From IMG/VR virus record IMGVR_UViG_3300037067_002687, positions 6,734 to 70,733 of that record: a stretch of 64,000 nucleotides of DNA; one strand, given 5' to 3'. A program made the position numbers and the translations under genes. Below the pieces are notes generated by a model. It did no database searches. It saw only the letters and a program-made list of their open reading frames with translations, and was not told where the DNA came from. Positions 63,345 to 64,000 of this stretch are shown here, in pieces (the stretch's first letter is position 1; each line of letters opens with the position of its first letter). Source of the stretch: a virus. Its lineage: Duplodnaviria > Caudoviricetes.

Positions 63345-63818
63345 ATGCTCGAACTTTACTTTGACGGACTCTGCGAACCCAGAAACCCCGGAGGTGTTGC
63401 CTGTTGGGGATACGTCCTGCGAGAAAACGACAGCGACCCCCAGTGCGTCCTAGAGTCTCACTGGCGAACCGTTGCAGGCGCCCATGGTGTAGCGCGTGAG
63501 GGGCCCGAGGCCACTAACAATGTCGCGGAGTGGGTTGCTTTGGGGAAAGGGCTTCGGTATATTCTCGATAATTACCATGGGTGCCCGCACCTCACGATTT
63601 ACGGAGACAGTCAACTCGTCATTCGTCAACTGAATCAGGAGTGGAGATGCAACAAACCGCATTTGCAACAGTATTTGACACGCTGCCACGAAATCCTTTC
63701 CGGTTTGACACTGAACTGGCGCGCGTTACCCATTCCGAAGGAGGACAACCAGGAGGCCAGAGCGGAGTCAAGCGCAGCCTACTTGGAACTCACGGGGAGA
63801 GAGGCGCCTGCACGGTAA
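63345..63818 (+). CDS. rnhA: ribonuclease HI-like protein
   Basis: YFDG..EPRNPG, TNNVAEW.AL..GL, IYGDSQLVIRQL; AAGGA RBS. Confidence 0.88.
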   Translation: MLELYFDGLCEPRNPGGVACWGYVLRENDSDPQCVLESHWRTVAGAHGVAREGPEATNNVAEWVALGKGLRYILDNYHGCPHLTIYGDSQLVIRQLNQEWRCNKPHLQQYLTRCHEILSGLTLNWRALPIPKEDNQEARAESSAAYLELTGREAPAR

Positions 63819-63979
63819 TGGACCTGCGGCCGACGTTCACGTTCGCCCTAGAGCCCATCGTCCCCTGGGGCGAAATGCCTATCGCGCGCTATTATCCGCT
63901 CTCCGTGATTGTCGAGGAAGCATCGGCGCGCATCCTGCGTCAGATAGAACGCAACATCCTAAAAGACCCATCACCATAA
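63818..63979 (+). CDS. hypothetical protein (53 aa)
   Basis: TAATG-coupled to RNase H; another RBS+ATG (GGAGG..ATG 63998) follows at the window edge. Confidence 0.45.
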   Translation: MDLRPTFTFALEPIVPWGEMPIARYYPLSVIVEEASARILRQIERNILKDPSP

Positions 63980-64000
63980 TCTACCCGGAGGTCACACATG

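Noticed and set aside
1-64000. CRISPR array, retron/DGR reverse transcriptase, IS element or rRNA
   Set aside because: No regularly spaced repeat-spacer run, no YxDD RT or transposase motifs and no rRNA-like tract seen; the 15-bp palindromes are dispersed, not arrayed

Overview
The window is most or all of a ~64+ kb tailed-phage genome with podovirus-like architecture: terminase, portal, scaffold, HK97-type capsid, adaptor, nozzle and large ejection proteins, but no tape measure and no DNA polymerase. Two short + strand blocks of small early-type genes (144-5175 and 62739-end, probably joined across the window edge) flank one long - strand block. From right to left that block runs packaging/head/tail (62617-43395), ejection proteins including a 3294-aa N6-adenine methyltransferase/strawberry-notch helicase polyprotein (43328-29407), a non-canonical lysis-position cassette with a papain-like peptidase (29328-26104), recombination/replication/nucleotide genes (26050-14404), a tyrosine recombinase + MoxR AAA/vWA operon (14247-8020) and two Tat-signal proteins (7379-6159). 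The main signals the ORF track does not show are: a 15-bp near-palindromic operator (CTGACAA-N-TTGTCAG) in nine copies beside sigma70 promoters; several ORF-free, helix-rich candidate ncRNAs; a stand-alone promoter-RBS-terminator cassette for a 26-aa acidic peptide; and a tail adaptor built of three tandem ~235-aa repeats. A Planctomycetota host is an inference only. No database searches were run; family names come from motif recognition, and start sites that differ from the ORF track were chosen by RBS or overlap.
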